A stretch of DNA of 64,000 nt from Callorhinchus milii (Eukaryota). Shown here in pieces: positions 12,601 to 27,600 of this stretch; the stretch's first letter is position 1; each line of letters opens with the position of its first letter. The position numbers and the translations under genes are program-made. The notes beneath the pieces are model-generated. The model made no database searches. It was not told the DNA's origin and saw only the letters and a program-made list of their open reading frames with translations. The stretch lies in the NCBI RefSeq assembly GCF_018977255.1, contig NW_024704742.1:8868001-8932000 (forward strand). Reading direction: 5' to 3'.

Positions 12601-15600
12601 GAAGTAATGTTGCCAAGCATATCACCTTGGAACCAGTTCAGCTCCAAGAGATTCCGCTAGCCTTTCCTCCCGCCAGGAGTATAATCACTGGTTGTTGATC
12701 TAACATCCGCCATGTACAAATTTGAGTTAGGTGGATGATGGGTATCAGGAACCACCGCAAGCTTCCTAGTGAGCAGCACATCTCAGCATGAAATACGTGA
12801 GAGCAGACAGGTGAGGATGCAGGCGTTGGAAGTATTGAATTATCTGGACCTTACGGATGGTGGAAATAACGAGACTGGCAAGGATTGCGTTAGGAAAATC
12901 TAGGCAAGAGGTAACAAGGCATGAATGAGATTTTAGCAGCATTTTGTGAGAGATGGGGACAGATGGCAAAGATGAAGAAAAGCAGCTTTGATAAGGACCA
13001 AGGTTATACGCTTTCATGTCGGGAGGAGGGTTTTGAGATGCACATTGAAGGAGCCAAAGGAGGGAGCAAGGCGAAGGGAATGTGGAATGGAGTTCCATAG
13101 GATGGGGGCAGAAAGGCTGAAGGCCCGATCACTGATGGTGTTTTACAAGGTAAGTGGACAGAACAACAGGACCAGGAATCAAGACTAGAAATGGAAAAGT
13201 AGATTTGGGTTTTGACTGTGGATAACGTCTACAGAAAGGGCATGTTGATAAGGAAAAGTAGGGTCCCCGAGGATAGAGCTGTGAAGTACTCTACAACTGA
13301 TGATGTGAGGGTGGGAGGAGCGAACATTAAAAGAGACAAAGCAATGGCTTTCAGGGGGCAGGGGAAGGGGAGGAAAGTGTGTTAAACATGGGAAAAACAC
13401 AGCTGTTAAGCAGATGGTGGCATTAAATTTGCTGTTGATGAAGACCAAAGGGAGAGGTTGAAGGCCGAGAAAGCGTTTGTGAGGGAGTGGGGACGGGGAG
13501 AGATGTTCCAGGGGCAGAATGAGAAAGTGGAGATTAAATGTAAGGTATACTGACTATGTACTTGTAAGCAAATGCGGCAGCCAATTTGTGCACAGCGGTG
13601 TCCAACAAACAGCCATGGCATGAATCAGCAATTTCACCTGAAGATTCATTGGCCAGGATACTGGAAAGAATTCCCTACTCTTGGTGAATAGTGCCATGGA
13701 ATCTTTAATGTCCACCTGAACAGACACATGGGACCTCAGTTTAACATCTCATTCGACGGATAGTCAATGGCACCACTCAAAAAGAGAAGGAAATTACTCC
13801 TGACTAACAATCCCACAAATATAATAGGTCATTCACTTCATGGCTGTTTGTGGGACATCGCTGTGCACAAATTGGCTACAGTTTTTGCCCACACAAATGC
13901 ACTCACTCCATTGTATAGTACTGTATACCCTATGAAGCACTTTTGGGAGGCCTCCTAACATGAAAGGTGCTACAACAAATACAAGGACTAAGCACTCTGA
14001 GACACTACTTATATTGAAGGGCACAGTACCAACACAAGCTGTTATTAATTAAATGTATTTGAAAAAGTTTACCTGTCAGATTAATATTTTCACACCGTAT
14101 GAATGAAACTGTGAAAAGAAGTCCTAGAAATTCGATAAAACTGAATCCATGCAAATTGTGACAGTACATCTTCCTAAAATTCAAATAAACACCTCCTGCA
14201 TTTCCTTTATTCACCTCTTTTGTTACTTTTTCAAAGTTCAATCAATTTAAGTTGACACGTTCTTCCCATTACAAATTCATGCTGGACATCCCTCATCAAT
14301 TACATTTTTTCTAAATGTTTCATAACAACATCAGTCATTATGACTTGAAGTAGCTTCCCTACAATTGATGTAACAATCACCAGCTCTTCCCTTTCTTAAA
14401 CAATGGAGTGACATTTGCCTCCTTCCAGCATTCTTGGAAACCACTGGGGTTTCCAAGAGGGTGACAAATGACACAGATGATAGACTCTAACATAATACAG
14501 TAAGTGTTTCATTTAGTTGTCGCTATTCCAGTCTCATTTGAAAACTGAATTAGACATTCAAAGAAATCAAAGAATCATACAATTACTGAAGTTGCAAGCC
14601 CTAATGCTAATTTAGTAGATAAACCCATTTACATGTAAAACATACACCACAATCACTGCTGAAGTAATCAATTTTCTGCACAATGGGTATTTACAGTTCC
14701 TTACCGGTGTTGTCAATTTTTCCACTTCATCAGGCAATGACTTGCACTCACATAAGCGGTTCACCTCTTGCTGCAGGCAAGTCTTTTCTTCTGATGTTTT
14801 AGCCAATTGTTGCTGAAGCTCAGAAATCGTCTTTTCTAGTTGAACACAGTCCAACAAGTCTAATATTGTTTTTTTAAAAAAAAATACATTAGAAGACTGA
14901 TGAACTTCTTCAATCACACAACAGCAATTAATTTAAAAACATTAATAAGAAGTAATGGATGCAAAAATACAGTACAGCAGTACAATGGGTCACTGTGACT
15001 CATTTAATTCTCAACATCCAAAATAATTCATTCTATACCTTCATTCTGATGACATTTACTGAACACAGATTATCTATTTTACATATACTAATGGAATGAA
15101 TCGACAGTCCTTCAATTCGCTGAAAGGAAACAAAATCAGTGGCATTTCTGCAATTTTTTTGGAGGAGGAAGTGACCTAACTTAGTCATGTTTGTTGTTCA
15201 AAACAATAATAGATGGTATATAAAAATCTACATTTAACAATGGAAATTCGATGAGACCTGGTGGCAGGAGGAGGCAGAGGGTCCAGGCATAACACTAATT
15301 TTTTTTACGAATTAAAATTGGAAAACTGTATGCCTAGCTATAATCAAATCGCCTCTATAGCAAATACTTTTGTGACTGGGATAAATTGCAGTGACATACT
15401 TTTGGGAACTTTTCCATCCATAAGAGTTGTTAGCTTGGTATTTTCAATAAAAACGTGCTGCAACTCTTTCTGCATATCAGTTTGCATTTGATTGTAGCGT
15501 GTTCGCTCAGCATCCAGCTGGTTCCGATACAATTGTGTGTCCTTCTCCATCTGCTGATAGTTCATTCTCATTTCATTCTTCAGATCAAATGTTAGAGGGG

Positions 15601-18600
15601 AAAGAAAAAAAAATTACTTTAGAACACGAGATTTCATTTTGAATGAAATTATTTTTGATTTGTGTACTTTGCTACATTGATAAGAAATACAGTCAAAGCT
15701 GTCTTCAGCAACGTATCAGGGGACTGGGCCAAAGTGTCCTTAATGTAAATAAGGTGGCCTCTGAATAAGGGTGCTTTGATGTGTGAACCTGGGTGTCCAG
15801 GGGGGTTGTTAACAAGGGGTTGCTGAATAGAGGCGTTTGATTGAATCTCACAATAGCCTATCAGAAACATTAAAGTTCCCGGTGTCACTCTTGATCTGAA
15901 GCACAGAAACTTTGAAACCATATCCATACAAATTGACACCGAGTCTAATGTGGATATCAAGTCATCAAGCAAAATACAATAGGGCTACATTGCCAACCAA
16001 AAAACACAGTACCACATTGTGCCAGCCCAATTTAATTTTTAATTAATTAATTTTCTACCTTTCTCAGTTTGTCTCTCTGGCTATAGTTTGCTCTGTATTT
16101 GTAGGTGAATGTGGCAGCCTATTTGCATACAGTAATGTTCCACAAACAGCCATGAAGTAAATTACTAATGTTATTTGGAAGATTGTTGGCCATCAGGAGA
16201 AACTTTCTTCTCTTTTTGAGTCATGACATGGGATCTTTAACATCCACCTAAAGAGGCAGATGGGACCCTGGTTTAACATCTCATTCCCAAAGGATGGCAT
16301 GTCCAACAGTACAATGTACAGTACAATGCAGTCCCTGTAATGCATTGGAGTGTTGGGTTGATCTAGACTACGTGAGCTCAATTCTATGTGCTTGAACCTA
16401 CAACTTTCTAACTCAGTTGTAAGTGCTACCAACTGAGCCAGGTTGATACTTTATAAAGTTAAGCAGCAAATGAAGCACTGAGGCAACATTTCTAATCGCT
16501 CAAAAAAAGGTCATTCACAAGGACGGTACTTCTGAAGAACTTAAAGAAATGAATTTACCACTTTTGGCATGGAGCGATTTTAGCAAATTAATCTGTATGT
16601 ATAGAATGCTGAAATGAGAATGGAGGTAGTAGCTACAAACAAGGTGCATTTATATAGCACCCTTCACCTTCGGACACCAAGCAAGGAAGAGCGGGAAGGA
16701 GAGAGGGGGATGGCCGTAGGCACGTTCATAGTGGTAGGATTTGAGGCAAGGTGGAGTGGTAGGGTGGGTGAGCTCCAGAGATGAGTGGCGTAGAACTGAA
16801 GGCTCAACCACCGATGGCGGCATGGAGAGGGAGTGGGACACAGCAGACCCCTGAGCTGAGGGAGCGAGCAGAGAAGTCGGGGAGGAGAATTCAGAGGTAA
16901 GATGCCAGCGAGTGAATGGATTTGTAGGTGAGACCTTGACATTGATCAACATCAACAAATAATTCAATTTTTGTATTACCATTTCTTCCTTCATCTGTGC
17001 ATTTTCACTTCTTAGAAAGGCAGAGTGCTTATTTCCATCACATATTAAGATTTCAGCATCATTCAGTGATTGTTGTAACTGCACAATCTGCTTCTTCAAA
17101 TCCTCACCGTCACTCTGAGGAATACAAATCAAGATATTGGAATTTACACAACTATGAAATGACGGTCTATTTCCTCATTCCACAGAATGATTATACCCCA
17201 AATTCAAGGTCCATCTCAAGACCTACTTCTTTGACTGCACTTTCGGTTAGCTTTCCCTTCCTCACCCCCTTTGGCTCCACCCCAGTTTGGGTGCCAAGCC
17301 AATATTGTTAAGTGATTTGTGATATCCTCCTGATTTGAAATGCACTAAACAAGTGTAAATTTGTATTGTAAATTGTGATTTATTTTATTTATAGCTTAGA
17401 GACATTGTCTGTAGATTGTTTTAATTTTGTTAAAAACAAAGGTCAAAATTGTCAAAATTCAGTGTGAAAAATGTTGAAAGAGTTTATGGGCCTTTACACT
17501 TGTTCAGTTGCGCAAGATATTCTGAGGTGCATAACGATAAACGTTCCATTTGATATAGTGCTTTTCATGTCTTCGAGATGATGTCTCAAAGCGCTTCACA
17601 GAATATATTGTAAAGTGAATTGACTATATTTGTGAGCGAAACGTGGCAGTCAATTGTGCACAGCAGTGAGCCACAAACGGTCGTGGATTGAGTGACCAAA
17701 TTGTTATTTTATTTATTTCCTTGAGGGATTACTGTCAGACGTGTGGAATAAGGAAACTTGCCCAAAGTTTGACCCTGTTGGGAATCGAACACAGGTCTCT
17801 TGCTTGCGAGGCGAAAGCTCTAACCACTGAGCTACAGGACTCCTCAAGCATACATTTCAGATAGATCCATTCATGAAGTGGGAAATGGAGCAGGCAATCA
17901 TACCCTAGTCATACAAGGAGTCAATCTGACAGGGAAACTTCTGGGCTCAACAAAGCACAAACACCCCCCAAGCAACCACACTAGGTTTACACAGGTTTGT
18001 TCACATGTGGAAGACCATTAAATGCCAGAACCGACATTATACTGCCATTCTTAAGAGTATTAAAACCAGACAGAGCTTCATTTACCAACATCCACATGGA
18101 AATTCCTGAGTTTGGAATAGAATTTGCATTCTCGGCCCAGAGGGTGCAAATTCCATTCCAAACTTACTTAACCTAGGAGTGAGTATTAGGCACATGTTGG
18201 CAAGAGTCCAGGCTTAGGGTCCCCAGATTGTGCCTGTGTCACCACCCATTTCTCACCCATGTCAATCTCATCTCAATCTTAGGTGGAGTTTAGCTACCTA
18301 AAAATATAGCTTGCCATTGAAAGCACTGTCTGGCAAGCTATATCCCCTCTCCCCTCCATTTGTCCTTCTACCCAGGGTTTGTCTGTATGTCACCTGAAGG
18401 CCAGTTCATCTTATCTTCCCACCCTCAATAGGATAGTCACTAATTAGTAATTCGACCTCCAACATGAACAGGTTTGAGCCCTCACAAGACAGATGCCAGG
18501 TACCAGGAGCTTCCTCGCAAGCAGCACAGCTCAACATGAAATACATGAAAACATTGCCAGCATCTTCCAACCCAGAGTTCAGATATTCATGCCCACCCAC

Positions 18601-21600
18601 ATTAGTCCTGAGCAGTAACCCGAACTATTAAAAATGAACAGAAAATTATACGGGGTCTTTGGAGGTTTTACTGTATTACATACATTCAGGCGTACAGGAG
18701 AGGAGCTTGTAACTACAAAAATAATGCACATTTCGATTTGAAAAAAACGATGTTTAAAAATTGCATGCATGTATATGGTCTAAGAACATATTCATGTCAG
18801 AAGGGAAAGTAAAATTTATAACTAAGAGATAGTGGAAAGGTAAAAATGTGTGCCCGTGCACCAGAAGACTGTACCACAAAGCATACCAAATTCAATGTTA
18901 CAGAAATACCCATATACAAACATTACCCAAAATGTGACAACCAGAAAATAATTTTATACTGATGAAAATGGTGTAATCATCTTTTTTTTAATGCAGATGT
19001 TCAGTGAAACCAGAGTATAATTGTATACTTACATATATTATAACTATATAATTGTATAACCAAAAGCCGTTGGAAGCTTCAGCTTCCGCTACAGTAAAGC
19101 AATTTAAAAATCTGGCTTTGAAAACCAAGGCAGTGAACTTTGAAGGTGGTTGTAACTTGAGATGCTAGAGGCGAGAGAACCTGGTTCGATTTACAGGCAG
19201 CTTCCTTACTCCACACACACCTACCTGTTTACCTAGCAGTAAGTAGGAACCCAGTTGTGTCACTTTTCCAGGGGTACTAATCACTTCAAAATAAATAATA
19301 ATATGGTCACTCAATGCACGGCTGTTTGTGGGAGACTGCTGTGTGTAGTTGACTGCCGCGATTTGCCCACAAAATAGTTACTACACTTTACAGTATGTTC
19401 TGTGAAGCGTATTGAGACATCTCGAAGACGTGACAAGTCGCTATATCAAATGCAAGTATTATTATCCCTTGAGTTAATTTACACTTAGGTATGTTCGAGG
19501 TTTTTTGATAAATCATTAGTTGAGTTTGTTTTTTCCTTTCTTTCAAAAATATGGCGCTGCCATATACCACACAGATAGTAAGTCAAATTGTTCCTTACTA
19601 CTTATGCAAATGTGGGTGAAGGCGTTCCAATTAGTGACTTGCCCCAGAAGGTTGCCCATCTTGACTGGCAGCGTTAAAGGAAGGCATCTGCCTTGGCTTG
19701 TTTTGATGTGCAGTGGCTCGGTACAGTAAATGATAGCATCGGCATATTTGGCAGGAAGCAAGGAGTTCAAATCACCATCTGCCTTCTGATTAACCCGAGA
19801 CTTAGTTTGCAGGATCAGCAAAGACGAAGTTTCTTCTCGAGGTAAAGCTGACATCTGCAAATTCAGAATTTTGATCTATCGGGAGATGCATGCTTGATCT
19901 ATCAGGAGTACACTCAAATTCACCCATAGCTCAATACATACCACGCAGATAGTAAGTCAAATTGTTCCTTACTCCTTAAAGAAAATTCTCAAAGTTCAGT
20001 TTGCAAGGTTTTGTGGAGCAGCAGCTGTTGGATGCCCTTGCTGTATTCTGCCACCTCCAATAGGATATAGTAATTCCAATTCCATCTCCAGCTGGTATCA
20101 ATGTGTCCAACAATTCCTTTACTACATTCCCAAAAGGACAACTTTCTTCCTAAGAGATCCCTTCCAAATCCAGCTCTAGTTCAGGTACATCTTTGAAGCT
20201 CTTCGAGACACTACTCCACGTGAAGTGCGCTATATAAATTCAAGTTGTTATGGTTGAAGACAACCCAAATCATCCAAACTGTTAGCCTGGCTGTGTATGG
20301 CTTAAGCACCAGTGCCGTTGGGCTCTTCCACCCCACTACTGTTAACATGGCTATCTGGAAAGTGACATGCAAGGAACCAGGGTAATGATGCACCTAGAAG
20401 TCAAACTGATCCCATCACGAAAGGGGCAAATCCCTTTCCAAATCCAGCTTCAGATCATTATCTCTTGAAGACAACCCAAATCACTCACACCCCATTCCAC
20501 CATTCATCAGCTTGGAACACACTCATTAAGTCTGAAAATCTATAGTCATCTAAAAACTGGCTCAAACTATGAAAATAGTAAAATTCCACTGTGATAATTT
20601 CTTTCATCAAAAACAGACTTTTGTACATGTTTTCAAATGGCCTGCACACTATTACTCTTAATATTCCACCTATTGCACTATTATGGGCCCAAAATTATTT
20701 TAATATACCTTGAGTGACTTACAATGTAATGCAATCTACTGTATTTTGCAAATATTTTAAACTTACCTGTGCTGTGCAGGTATAAAGTTTCAGGTTTCTT
20801 GCTGCCGCTTCTTTCAGCTGTTGAATTTGGTTTTGAAGGTCTAAAATCTGTTGATCTTGTTGTATTTTTTTCGCTTGGCTGATTATTTCAGTCTATTATT
20901 AACAAATAAAATATCTTCAAACTTCATTTTAGGCTAGCAGGAGTTACAACAATTACAAGTAAATCAAATGCATTGTGTAAACAGAACTTGAAATCAGGGC
21001 CTGTACTTCTAAACTGAATCAATATGTAACCTTGCTCGTGACCAATCGCAGAAACATTGAATTATATACACAGATTTCTGAACAATACAGAACCCACACA
21101 GGTCTGAACACGGTAAGGATATGAAGATTGCAATGCTTCAGAATGCACCGTTCGTGTTAATTAACATAAAGGATAAGTTAGGAAACACTGTAAACAAACA
21201 GGCCAACTTGGTACCGTTTCTTAAAACAATGAAGAGCTGAATCATGGTGCCAAGGGGCCTCAGCAATGGTTTAGTGACAATTTAAAACTATTTAATGCTA
21301 AAAAAAAAATCAACATTTTGACGGCACAAAAAGGAAACTGAATTAAATTGGGTTTTCTTACTCAGTGAAATTCTGCCTCGAGAATAGAGACATTAAAGAG
21401 AGGCCTCAGAGAATTATCAAGATATTGCAAAGGAGTCACTGAACGCAAGCTAATTAAGGAACAATATTAATGTTCATAAATATTCTTTGTTGTATGAAAC
21501 AACCTTTACCTCGCAATTCGAAATAAAAATTCAGTTTTGAAATCAAATTAAAGCAAGGGGGGGGGGGATGGAAGAAAATAAAACTCCCTGGACTTGTCCT

Positions 21601-24600
21601 CACGGTCACATTCCTCCCCAGCTTCACACCACCCTTTATAATCTCGTGCAGCCTTACCATTCCCAGCTGCATCCCTCACGCAGCTAACTTCATATCCCAT
21701 GCCCTTCCATCAGTGGGTACAATTGCATTACCATCAGTGGATGAGCATTCATTGTGCCTCTGTTCTGGACCTCCATTCCAGAGTGCCTCAGCCTCTCCCC
21801 CTTCTGCCCTACCTTTCAAACCAAATTAAGACCTTTCAAATTCTATCTTTAAAGGCATCTTTAAAGGTAATTATCTTTCCAAAAAATAATTATTTAATTA
21901 CTCAATCCACTGTTTGTGAGACACTGCTGTGCCCCACCATCAGTAGGCGCAATTGGCTGCCGCGTCTTGCCTACAAAACATACACTCCATTCACTTTCCA
22001 ATATATTCCGTGAAACGCTTTGAGACGTCTCAACAACATAATAAGGTACTATATTGAGTGCATGGATTATTATTATTATTCCTTTCCAATCATGCTTTCT
22101 GTCAACTTCCTCAACCCCCGCTCAGGCATGCAGTCAGCTCTGGGTTTGGTCTTGTGTGAAAACCGTATGTCAAATTAAATTTGAAGAAACTTCAAGAACT
22201 CTTATAATAAATGCCAGCATCCTGATTGCCTTATTGATCGTTTTTTGGATTCTGAATCAGAATTCAAATTAACCTGAACCAGGTTCTCTGGCCACAATCT
22301 TTCAATCCTCCTTGGATATGGGAGTGATGCCAGAGGACTGGAGGGTTGCAAATGTTACACCGCTGTTCAAAACAGACGAGGGATAAACCTGGTAACTACA
22401 GGTCAGTTAGCCTAACGTCAGTTAGGTTCTAGAGACCATAATCAGGGACAACATTACTCATGGGCAATCGCTTGTAGATGTTTGTAAAATAAGGTATTAA
22501 TGAATATGGAGAAACGTAAGGAAATGGGTTAAAAACATCTGCTATGATCACCTAAAGGTAGAATAGGCTGGATAAACTGAAGGCCTCTCACTGCTTATTA
22601 GGATTCATAGCTATGGGATTTTTTAATAACTGCAAAAAACTTCTTTTTTTTTTGAAGTTCTTAATCTTACAACAACAACAACAACTTGCACTTATAGAGC
22701 AGCCTTCACATAGGGTAGCATCCCAGGGCACTTACAATAGGCTACGTATATTTTCAACTTTAGCTATTGATACTTGCAAAGTACCTCAGTGATGTTTTGA
22801 ATTTCTTTTTCCAAGTACTCAAATTCTTCAATCTCCTTCTTTCCTTTCATTAGATTTTTCAGTTCACTTATTTCTTGCTTTTGTTTCTCGATTTCCATTT
22901 TTAGTATTTTGGCATCATTCTGGAAAGTAGACATTTTCATTCATAACTTTTCTTTTTTAAAAATCACAAAAGTTGAAACACAGGATGTTTTACTCATGCT
23001 ATAATGATGGAGTTCTGCTTTAAATACCTTTTCAGAGTAAAGAAGCTCACAAAGCTGAACACTTTCAATCAACTGCTTCTGCAAATGGTTTGCATGATTC
23101 TGCAAAACAAAAATGAAAAAGGAAATTAATTTTCAATGGATTCATTTTCATATTTGAAAATTAGGATTCATAAAACTAAATTGATCCAATGGAGCAGGGA
23201 AATGCATCCTCAACAATGTGGGGCCACCACCAAAGACTATTAGAAACCAAGAAAACTGCCTAAATTTTACTTTGTGCAGATCCTTAAACTGAAGGAAACA
23301 TTAGACATTCATACCATATTGAAATCAAATTAATGTTCTACCTCAATTTATTGCAGACACTTAGGGCAAACTTGATAAGGTACTGACTTACATTAGAATG
23401 TTTAAGCTGCACACATCGGGGCAGGGAGTTTTGTCCGATTTTCCAGGCATCCGGTACCTGAAGTTCTTTTCTTTCCACTCTGCTGAGCGCCTCTTCCCTC
23501 CCATTTCCATTGGAAGGGAAGGGGAACAATTGCGGGGCTCCACTAGGTATCAATCCCCTCCACATTCATCGGATGCTGCTTGTGAAACTGCTGTCCATCA
23601 ATCACGATTCAACTCCTCCCATGTTTCTTCCCCATTGCTCCGCGCCTCACTGATTGACAGCCCAATTCCAGTCACGTATGAATGGCTGGAGTCCGCTGTC
23701 AATTAATCTTAGACTCCTCCCATCTCCATCCCGGAGCCACTCGTGGCCAAATGGAGCCGCTCGAGACAGTGCAACATTACCCAGATTAACAGGATTTTCG
23801 TTCAAATTTAACAGGCATATTTAAAATGGGTAAGAATACAAATGAATCGGGGCCGGACATGTCATCCGATTTACCCTACGTCCGGCTAAAGTGGATTCCA
23901 CTGTGTGTATGTATGTGTATATATATTATGTTGTGTATATATATATAAAATATATATGCACACTTCAGCACTTTAGCTGCAATGAATACAAATTGACAGA
24001 TTTAAGTAAACAGATTAAATGATAAAGAACCAACCTCGCTCTTCCTATTTTCTTCTCTTCTCTCTTTTATCACGTCTTCAAGATTTTGCTCCAGCTCAGT
24101 GTACATTTTTACTAGTTCCTCGTTTGAAGGTCCATTATTACTCTCACTGAAGAATAAATGATTGAATTTTGTTAGGTAAATCCACTACACATTTTGAGTA
24201 TTAGCATTACGAATAACAATCCTTACATTTGATACAGTGCCCCAACACTTTGCTGATTCACAGGACTCACTGAAAGTTGCAGTGACTGTGCACCACGCAG
24301 GCATCCGGCAGCCAATTGGCCACAATAATGTCTTACAACAACCATGAAGTCGCGACAAATTTTATCCGGAGGATTGGTGGTCGGGATACCACGAAGAGAA
24401 AAACTCCCTTCCTTTTCAAAGCACATTGACAGTGCTCGATGGGCACCTGAGCTGTGGGCGGGAGGTGAATGAGGACCACTCTTCTGCACCTCCCTACCTC
24501 TCTGACCGCCTCTCTCCTCAAAACAGTGCCCGTTGCCTTCGTTCCACTGGGTCTGGCCTCTTCCTCGTCCCCCCCGAGTCCTCCGCTCTATCCTCTGCGG

Positions 24601-27600
24601 CAGTGCCTTCAGCCACCATGCCGAGGCTCTGAAACTCCCTTCCTTCGCCTCACCCTCTCTCTTCCTATTTTTAGGTCTCGGCTGAAGACCTTTTTTTTCG
24701 ACCACGCCTTTGGTCACCTTCCTCCCCCTCCCCCTGGCTCTGCCCTGGGATCCGTTACTGTGAAGCACTCTGAGATGCCGCCCGGCATGGAGGGCGCTTT
24801 ATAATCCCAAGTTTTGTTGATGGAGTTCCTCCGACAAGACAAAGGTGAGGTAGATAGCGCAGCGACATGAAGCAAGCACACTGAGTGAAGGGAGCAGTGG
24901 GTCAGTGGGGTTGAAGGAAGTGGGAGAGGTAGAGTGGGGCAAGACCATGGAGGGATTAAGAATGAGAACAAGGATCTTGAACTCAATCAACTGAGAGCCA
25001 ATGGAGCTGATCAAGGATGAGGAGGAGCAAGTATAGGCAAGAGCTGGGGAGGAGTGAAGCCTGGCATTGATAAGGCATGGATGAAGGTCTGAGTGGCCCA
25101 AGAGGAGAGGTAGTGGTAGAGTTGGGCAATGTTTTGGAGTTGAAGGAAAACTGATCGTGTGCAAACACAGATATGGGGTTCTTCACTGGTTGTGAGGTGG
25201 AGTGCACATCCATGCAGCTTGCTGTCAGTACCCATGGTGAAAATGCGATAATGGGAGCCAAGCTGGAGAGTTTTACTACATTTACAGGACTCAATCTTTT
25301 AAAAATTACTATTATGTTACAACTATTGCGCTCCTTTCACTTCACATCCCCGTCCTATCTGCCCCACTATCAGTGGGCATTCTGTCCTCACTCTGGAATG
25401 TCAACAGAGTCCCTACAACTTGCTCCCTCTTTCAACTTGTCAGTTTCAAGATATATGCTTACCTGCAATTACAGTGGTTTGATCTTGTTTTCCTTTTGTC
25501 ATTCATATCAGGGACAGATATATTCTGCAGATCTGATCTTCCACCTCGTTTCGTATCGGAGTATTCAGTTGTTGAATCCATAAAGGTACTGAATGAACAG
25601 CCGGAATCCCAAAAGTCTTCATTATCTTCAGCTGTTTTTTACCCCACAAAAACAAAAAACGACTGTTCAAGCAAAAACTTTAAAGAATCCAAAAACAAAT
25701 TTGTACAAATCAAGAGTTGAGATTTAGCTCTCCTTAACATTTTGGTGGGGAGGGTGGTTTGCACGAAAAAGACAAGAAAAACTTCTGTTGTTAAAACAGT
25801 ATGCAAAAACATTTTCTAGCTTCTAAAAATCCACAATTAATATTAATTTGTTACTGTGAAATCCATTATAATAGTGGTCACCTCGCTCCCAAAATGCCAG
25901 TTAGTTCTTACGTGCAAAGCAAGAAGTAACATCAGTGATGACCTCATAACCTAGAAATCAGCAAATAATATTTTCTCTGGAGACTTTTGAAAAGATAAAT
26001 CTCAAAAAGACAAGGCACCCTGTGATCTCTGAGGGACTGGCACTAAACTTCAGCAGCAACAATCATAATGTTTATGTGGCCCACGGACCTTTCTCAAATA
26101 GGGCATCTGACAGCCAAGAGCCAAAAATGTGAATCAAACCCTGGTGTAAATCACTGGTTAAGCAGCAACTGGAGTATCAGACTCTCTCCAATGGACTCTC
26201 CCTCCACCATCCCGCTCAACAGAACATGCCATAACCCAAATTCTCTGCGTCCAGTTCCGGGGTGTGGGGTGGGGGGGGTAGGGTGCAGAAGAAGTTTATG
26301 AGAATGATTCTGGGGATCAAGGGCTACAGTTATAAGGAAAGATTGGAGAAGTTGGGACTCTTTTCATTGGAGCTGAGAAGGTATACAAATGTAATTTTGT
26401 TGTTGTTGAAGAGAGCACCTAATTGAGGTGTACAAAATCATGAGGGGATTTGTTCAGGTAAATAAAGAGAAGTTATGTCCATTGGTTCATTGATAGGGGA
26501 GTCAGTAACTTGAATGCAGAGTTATGATAGTCACAAACACAACAAAAAGGGAGTTTAGAATTATTTTTTCCCCAGTGCATTTGGGTTATGGAATATTCTG
26601 CTAAGTAGGATAGTGGAGGGAGAGTCCATTGTAGCTTTCAATAGGGAAGTAGAGAGGCATATAATGATAATAATAATCGTTGTATTTAATGTAGAGCCTT
26701 ATCGTTGATGGCTCAAAAGCACTTCAGAGTATACTGCAAAGTGGATTGACTGTATTTTGTGGGCGAAATATGAAAGAGCGAAGCTTGAAAAGGTACAGAG
26801 AATAAGGTGGGACGATGGGATTGAAGCAATATCTGGTCTAGGCTTGATGGGCTGAATGGCCTCCCTCTGTACCTCAGATTTCTATGTTTCTAAAAAAAAT
26901 GTTGAAGGGGGATTTTGCAAACTTCTCTATTCCACTAACTTTCATCCAGTTCTTGAAAGATATCATCCAACTTGTTTCTTTTAGCTGCAACACTATCCGG
27001 ATATAAACTGAGCTTTAGTTTTCCAGGAGCCCAGGTAACTCTCCTCTTCCTTCTTGCCTGTAAAGCAAGCATAAAATGGGCATTTTATAGATTATTTTTG
27101 ATTTACATAATTTTGTTCCAGCAGTGTAATGTTTCAATTCAATTTTAGGAGAAAGTCAGTTGTTTGTTTAATAATAAGAACATAAGAATTAGGAGCAGGA
27201 GTAGGCCATTCGGCCCCTCGAGCCTGCGCCGCCATTCGATAAGATCATGGCTGATCTTCAGATCTAACTCTAATTACCTGTCCTATCCCCATATCCCCTA
27301 ATCCCTCTATTTTTAAAAATCTATCAGTCTCCGCCTTGAAGATGTTCAAGGACTGAGCATCTACAGCCTTCTGGGGTAGTGAATTCCATAAGTGAAGAAA
27401 TGATTCCTCAACTCTGTTCTAAAAGGCTGACCCTTAATTTTAAGACTGTGACAGCTGGTTATAGATTCTCCTACCAGGGGAAACAGACCCTCAGTGTCTA
27501 CTTTATCAGCCCTTTAAGAATCTTATGTTTCAATAAGATCCCCCTAATTCTTCTGTACTCTAGAGAATATAGCCCTAGTTTATTCAGCCTATCCTCATAG

